Source: an uncultured virus (IMG/VR IMGVR_UViG_3300020403_000008) | Taxonomy: Duplodnaviria > Heunggongvirae > Uroviricota > Caudoviricetes > Crassvirales | IMG/VR virus record: IMGVR_UViG_3300020403_000008 | DNA length: 20,000 nucleotides | Strand: one strand, 5' to 3' | Shown here: positions 15,311-20,000 of the stretch, piece after piece | Layout of the letters: every line of letters begins with the position of its first letter | Numbering within the stretch: the first letter of the stretch is position 1 | The notes under the pieces: model-generated | The model's input: only the letters and a program-made list of their open reading frames with translations | Told to the model about the DNA's origin: nothing | Database searches by the model: none | Translations under genes and position numbers: made by a program

Positions 15311-15313
15311 GCT

Positions 15314-16054
15314 ATGGCAAACTACGAGAACAAGACAGTTGGGTTTAGTGAAATAAATAAAGGCTGGACGTCATTTTATTCTTACATTCCTGAAGATATG
15401 GTCTACATGAAGTCAGACTTTTATACTTTTAAGGGCGGTAATATATACAAACACAACATTGATGAGAGTTCTCGTAACAAATTTTACGATAAATTTTATC
15501 CTAGTAAGGTTGAAACCATCATAAACGATGACCCAGAAGCTGTCAAAAATTTTAGAACTCTCAACATGGAAGGCTCTTCTGCTTTCTGGAGAGTAGAAAT
15601 AAACACAGACTTAGATAAAGGCGGAGCGACTTATGATGATTTTGAAGAAAGAGAGCGATTGTTTAAGGCTCACATAAGAACCGACAGAGACGACAATCTT
15701 AACTTGGAAAGACTTACCGTGCAAGGATTAGGTACATTAATATCTACAAACGGCACGTCAATGTATTTTAGATTTATAGATAACGCCATTGAGTATGGTG
15801 ACTTCGTTTATAAAATATATGGTAACTCGTATACGTATTTAGGTAAAATTATTGCTGTATTTGAAGATTATATTATGTTAGACTCTATAGCGGACCCAGT
15901 AGAACTTGGTCAATTTTGCTTTGCAACAAAAGACCCAGTGATAGAAAGCTATGGACTAAAAGGATATTTTGGTAGCTTTACGTGTACAAGTTATGAATCA
16001 ACTCCAATAGAATTGTTTGCAGTTGGTACAGAAGTAACGCAAAGCAGTAAATAA
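15314..16054 (+). CDS. Separately encoded C-terminal part of the tail tubular B / stabilization protein
   Basis: 246 aa beginning KTVGFSEINKGWTSFYSYIPE..FYTFKGGNIYKHN...RNKFY...KNFRTLNMEG and ending ESYGLKGYF...ELFAVGTEV..SS. I recognise these as the usual C-terminal motifs of this protein family. Confidence 0.7.
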   Translation: MANYENKTVGFSEINKGWTSFYSYIPEDMVYMKSDFYTFKGGNIYKHNIDESSRNKFYDKFYPSKVETIINDDPEAVKNFRTLNMEGSSAFWRVEINTDLDKGGATYDDFEERERLFKAHIRTDRDDNLNLERLTVQGLGTLISTNGTSMYFRFIDNAIEYGDFVYKIYGNSYTYLGKIIAVFEDYIMLDSIADPVELGQFCFATKDPVIESYGLKGYFGSFTCTSYESTPIELFAVGTEVTQSSK

Positions 16055-16058
16055 TTTA

Positions 16059-16478
16059 ATGAAATTTAAATTAAGAAGGCTAGTAGAATCAGATTACGAT
16101 ACTCTAGTAAAATGGTGGAAAGATTGGAAGTGGGAACCTGCTCCAAGAGATTTTCTGCCTGAAAATGGAACAGGTGGCTTTATGGTCACCAAAGATAAAA
16201 AAGAGATATGTGCAGGTTTTATATACCTGACTAACTCTAAAGTTGCTTGGATTGAATTTGTAATATCAAACAAGCAATATAAAGAAAAGGATAGAAAAGA
16301 TGCTATCCAATTTTTAATAAACAGCTTATCTGCTGTAGCTCAAGAAACAGGAGCAAAATATGGATACGCTGTATTAAAACATAAGGGACTGAAGTTTTAT
16401 TATGAAAACTCAGGTTTTTTTGAAAGTGATAAGAACATAACAGAAATGATAACAGTATGGCAGCAGCAACAACAGTAG
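16059..16478 (+). CDS. GNAT-fold acetyltransferase-like phage protein
   Basis: 139 aa with LRRLVESDY, ICAGFIY, AWIEFVISNKQY and FYYENSGF. Its position between tail tube and ejection genes is usual for podoviruses. Confidence 0.65.
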   Translation: MKFKLRRLVESDYDTLVKWWKDWKWEPAPRDFLPENGTGGFMVTKDKKEICAGFIYLTNSKVAWIEFVISNKQYKEKDRKDAIQFLINSLSAVAQETGAKYGYAVLKHKGLKFYYENSGFFESDKNITEMITVWQQQQQ

Positions 16479-17026
16479 CAATAGTCGGAGCATCAGTAGC
16501 AGCCGCAGCGGGTGGTGCACAAGCTATTAGCGGTGCAGTACGAGCTAAAAGAGCTAAAAGGGATTTAGAAAATTACGAAAGGCAAGAGGTTACAGACTTA
16601 GCTAATGAGATGAGAGTATCAGACATCGGCGAGCAAAGGAACGTGGAAAACATAATGCAAAGCGAAGCTAACCAAACAGAAGCGGCACAAATGGGTGGTG
16701 CTAGAGCAGTAATAGGAGCTACATCAGGTATTCAAGCTAATACTGCAAATGCTTTAGCGGCATCTGCTGTTAGAACTGATGAAAAGCTTGCTGCACTTCA
16801 AAACGCAAAATATCAAGAGAAAGTTCGTAGGTTTAATACCGTAGAAGCTAGACAAAACCAAGATATAGCTGGAATGGCTGCTGAGATGCAAGCTGGAAGA
16901 CAAGCTGTACAGCAAGGGCTAGGCACTATAGCTGGAGGTGTAGCTTCAGGAGCTACAGCTTACGCAACAGCTGCGGGAGCGCCTGGAGCAGCAATACCAT
17001 TTTCGGGAGGAAAACCACTAACATAA
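16457..17026 (+). CDS. Putative small internal virion/ejection protein
   Basis: Ala/Gly-rich hydrophobic N-terminus followed by RAKRAKR, a helical Q/E/A-rich middle and a Gly/Ala-rich C-terminus. Supported by synteny. Confidence 0.55.
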   Translation: MAAATTVAIVGASVAAAAGGAQAISGAVRAKRAKRDLENYERQEVTDLANEMRVSDIGEQRNVENIMQSEANQTEAAQMGGARAVIGATSGIQANTANALAASAVRTDEKLAALQNAKYQEKVRRFNTVEARQNQDIAGMAAEMQAGRQAVQQGLGTIAGGVASGATAYATAAGAPGAAIPFSGGKPLT

Positions 17027-17032
17027 AACATC

Positions 17033-18469
17033 ATGAGTAAGGGAGCATATTACGCAGGAATGGCAACGGCACCACAGGTAAAGCCAGCAGACTTTTTAAC
17101 ACCCTTCGCAAACATGGCGGAAAGGATTAGTCAGCAAGCAATAGAACAAAGAAAGCAAGAGCAAGCTGAACAAGCGGCTAACGAAAAGTTTGCTTTAAGC
17201 AGACAAGATAAACTACAAGACACCATAAACTCTTCAGGTTACAAAGGGATTGGTATAAACAATCTTGATATGGCTGTCAATGAATATATGACATACCTAC
17301 AATCTGACTTTGAAAAAGCTAACGAAGAATTTAATATTACAAAAGATAAAAAAGCCTTAAGTGCAAAAACATCTGCCTTACAGTATAGCGCCAAACAAGT
17401 GCAAAACTTAGGAAACAGAATAGCTAACTTTGTAAAGAATGATAGCACTTTAGAAGCAAACGGAAAAGCTTCCATGTATAATGACGTTGTTATGGCTATG
17501 ATACAGGATTTAGGTGAAAACATAGGTTTTGAAACAGAGTCTAGCGGGGTGCAAAGAATATATACAGTAGGAGAAGATGGTAACAGGAAAACAATAAACG
17601 CAAAAACTTGGGACACTTTGTTTACTGCAAAACAATCTACTGATTTAAATGGTGTGCTGGAAGATATTGTAGAGATGACACAGCCAAGACAAATAAAAGG
17701 TAAAAACAATACTTTTACACGCTATTTAGATTACACCAAAGACCCTAACGGAACGCTAACACAATCTCAAGCAGACATATTAACTAGAAGATTACAAAAC
17801 TTTGAACCGCATGAAGTTTATGATGCTGCTGTTAGAGCTGGTATTGTGGGTGATGGAGAAAATCAAATTCCTCTAAGAACAGATTTTAGTGACGAAGGAA
17901 TAATTGCTAACATAGACCAGATGAGAGAAGCTCTGGCTATGAAATCTATTGGCGACCTGCAAAACATGTACAGAAATAAGGAAGGAAGTAAGCCTAACAC
18001 TGGAGGCTCAAGGACTTCATCAAGCAGCTTTATAAATTATGACCCTGAAACATTATTATATTCTTATAAAAAAGGCTCTGCTACTTCAGTATTAATGAGA
18101 GCTACTTTTACAGGCAAAGATATGATAGGAGATGCTCCTGCTGGTAAATCAGAAACTGTTCCTTCGGGCGCTTATATTTCTGACGTAAGATTAACTCCTT
18201 ATGGTCTAGAAGTTTTTGGCACTATGGCTGTTAATGAAAAGACTGGAGATATTATGGACATAATGAATTTTAATTCTATGTCCGATGTAGAGGTTAAAAA
18301 CAAAGGTTTAAAAAGAGTCAATTTTAGAAAAGTAGTTGACCCAGGAACAAATCAAATGGCTCTTCGACAATTACAATCTGTGTTTGGATTTGATATAGAT
18401 GAATACAATAACATATTAAAATTAAACAACTCAACAGAAAATCAAGGACCAGATTATAGCAATAAATAA
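17033..18469 (+). CDS. Putative internal virion/ejection protein
   Basis: 478 aa with an N-terminal coiled-coil (QQAIEQRKQEQAEQAANE). The call rests on synteny only. Confidence 0.45.
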   Translation: MSKGAYYAGMATAPQVKPADFLTPFANMAERISQQAIEQRKQEQAEQAANEKFALSRQDKLQDTINSSGYKGIGINNLDMAVNEYMTYLQSDFEKANEEFNITKDKKALSAKTSALQYSAKQVQNLGNRIANFVKNDSTLEANGKASMYNDVVMAMIQDLGENIGFETESSGVQRIYTVGEDGNRKTINAKTWDTLFTAKQSTDLNGVLEDIVEMTQPRQIKGKNNTFTRYLDYTKDPNGTLTQSQADILTRRLQNFEPHEVYDAAVRAGIVGDGENQIPLRTDFSDEGIIANIDQMREALAMKSIGDLQNMYRNKEGSKPNTGGSRTSSSSFINYDPETLLYSYKKGSATSVLMRATFTGKDMIGDAPAGKSETVPSGAYISDVRLTPYGLEVFGTMAVNEKTGDIMDIMNFNSMSDVEVKNKGLKRVNFRKVVDPGTNQMALRQLQSVFGFDIDEYNNILKLNNSTENQGPDYSNK

Positions 18470-18470
18470 T

Positions 18471-20000
18471 ATGGACAAGGAAGTATTAGAAGATTTATAT
18501 AAGAGAGCTGTATCTAAAGGGTACACTAAGACGTTAGAAGATTTTACGTTGCTGATAAATTCTGATGAAGAAGTTTTATTGGACAATTATAATTACGTCA
18601 AAGAAAAAGGATATGGAAAACCGATAGAAGATTTTCAAGCTCTTCTCACTGAAAAAAAAAATCCAGAAGTCTCTTCAATCAAGCCGACAGAAAACATTCC
18701 AATCGCTTTTTCGGAATCAAATTTTACATTGGACGATACCAAGTTGTCTTCGGATTTATTCGAACCAGAAAAAGCCGATGAATACAGAACTTTTTTTAAG
18801 TACAATGGATTCGGTGTACCTACCATAGGTGTAGAAAAAGACACAGACGGTCAGTATTTAAAAGGAGGGTTTGGTGATTTTATTAATCAGTTGCCGTTTG
18901 GAGAGTTTATAGACGACCAAGCTAGAGCATGGGCTAGCGGAAAAGAAGATGCAGATGCAGCTGAAGCTGCTGCCGAATTAATGAATGAAATAGGCACATT
19001 TTCAAAAGGCAACCCTACGGTAGAGCAAGCAAACACAATGCTTAAAGAAATGTTTGAATCACAGACAACTCCTATGTCTGATGAGATGAAACAGTTTCAA
19101 AAAGATTTACAAGAAAACGGTAACGATGCTTACGCAGCTGTAAAAGCCGCAGCTAACAACCCTAGTGCTGCTACAGAATACGTTATGAGAAGCATGCGTT
19201 CTATGTTTAATGATGACGCTATAGCTACAGGACTCGCCACGCTAGCAACAAATACCTCAATAGGGTTTGCTGCTGGAGGACCTCTTGGCGCTTTAGGTGG
19301 TTTTATGAGAGGTATTCCTGCTGCAATGACAGCCATGGGAGCTCAAACTGACATGGCACTATCTTTCGGAGAGTTTTTTGTAGAAGAGTTAGGTGATGGT
19401 TTTACAAGACAAGATGTAGCAAACCTTTTACAAGACCCTGAAAAACTACAAGAAGTACAGAATAGAGCTTTAGCTAGAGGTGTTTCTATTGCTGCTGTTA
19501 ATGCGTTTACTGCTGGACTAGGAATTAGAGTAGCGTCAAACGTATTTAGGGCAGGAAGAAAAGGTTTGAGAGCAGGATTAGAGTCGTTTGCTAAAGTTAC
19601 GCCTTTAGATATGGCTGGAGGTTCTCTTGGTGAATTTGCAGCGCAAGCAACATCAGGACAAGAGTTTAACACAGCTGAAATGGCTTTAGAAGGTCTTCTT
19701 GACCCTATGTCTAGTATTGCAACAACAGTAGGAGGTACTGTTATTGATGCAGGAAGCGCTCCTTCGTATAAAATTAACGGAGGTAAAACTACTAAAGCAG
19801 ATTTTATAAGACGTTTAGGCGCAATGTCTGACGAACAATTAGAGCAAACAAATTTCACCGTAAATAATGACGATGAAACTTGGCGTCAGGTTGATGATAG
19901 GCTTAAAGATATTCAGTTTGGAAAAGAAATAAAAGAGATTTATGGAGACATAGATGATGAGCAAACAAGAAGATTAACTGATTTAGAAAAAGAAAAAAGA
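18471..20000 (+). CDS. Large putative internal virion/ejection protein, 5' part (runs off the window; absent from the ORF track)
   Basis: ATG at 18471, open for 510 codons to the window end: MDKEVLEDLYKRAVSKGYTKTLEDF... with Gly/Ala-rich hydrophobic segments (IATGLATLATNTSIGFAAGGPLGALGGFMRG). Confidence 0.6.
   Translation, partial: MDKEVLEDLYKRAVSKGYTKTLEDFTLLINSDEEVLLDNYNYVKEKGYGKPIEDFQALLTEKKNPEVSSIKPTENIPIAFSESNFTLDDTKLSSDLFEPEKADEYRTFFKYNGFGVPTIGVEKDTDGQYLKGGFGDFINQLPFGEFIDDQARAWASGKEDADAAEAAAELMNEIGTFSKGNPTVEQANTMLKEMFESQTTPMSDEMKQFQKDLQENGNDAYAAVKAAANNPSAATEYVMRSMRSMFNDDAIATGLATLATNTSIGFAAGGPLGALGGFMRGIPAAMTAMGAQTDMALSFGEFFVEELGDGFTRQDVANLLQDPEKLQEVQNRALARGVSIAAVNAFTAGLGIRVASNVFRAGRKGLRAGLESFAKVTPLDMAGGSLGEFAAQATSGQEFNTAEMALEGLLDPMSSIATTVGGTVIDAGSAPSYKINGGKTTKADFIRRLGAMSDEQLEQTNFTVNNDDETWRQVDDRLKDIQFGKEIKEIYGDIDDEQTRRLTDLEKEKR

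Noticed and set aside
3375..15313. Intron, intein or mobile element explaining the split tail gene
   Set aside because: No splicing motifs, homing endonuclease, integrase, transposase or terminal repeats were recognised. Both halves have their own start and stop codons.
17239..19858. Minus-strand ORFs 17239-17709, 18635-18844, 19130-19336 and 19343-19858
   Set aside because: They are antisense to long + strand ORFs, including the untracked 18471->20000 gene, and have no recognisable motifs.
1..20000. Stop-codon reassignment as in some crAss-like phages
   Set aside because: Genes are long and tile the window under code 11. The TAG/TGA stops (7616, 13465, 14312, 15292, 16478) fall at sensible protein ends next to the following start.
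1..20000. Eukaryotic or giant-virus origin suggested by the P4H, GT60, POFUT-like and GME-like genes
   Set aside because: Overlapping, intron-free, operon-like genes and the podovirus-type tail and ejection gene order indicate a bacteriophage.

Overview
AT-rich, gene-dense window with every credible gene on the + strand. It reads as the virion-morphogenesis region of a podovirus-type tailed phage, probably infecting Bacteroidota (TAnnTTTG-type boxes in the intergenic gaps, no obvious Shine-Dalgarno sites). The backbone order is tail-tube/adaptor protein (partial), tail tubular B/'stabilization' protein, GNAT, then three putative ejection proteins. The stabilization gene appears split: an N-terminal part (174-4082) and a separately encoded C-terminal part (15314-16054), with about 11 kb of accessory DNA between them. 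That cassette encodes five modular proteins with (X-Pro)n tracts that share an N-terminal module. They are followed by an overlapping enzyme block: a two-domain prolyl-4-hydroxylase-like dioxygenase, an O-fucosyltransferase-like domain fused to a NodU/CmcH carbamoyltransferase, a GT60 (Gnt1-like) GlcNAc-transferase and a GDP-mannose-3,5-epimerase-like SDR. The main hypothesis is a self-contained phage pathway for hydroxyproline O-glycosylation of tail appendages, encoded beside its own substrates. The appendages may assemble through a Cys-containing plug-and-socket pair of motifs. All family calls come from motif recognition by eye; no searches were run.
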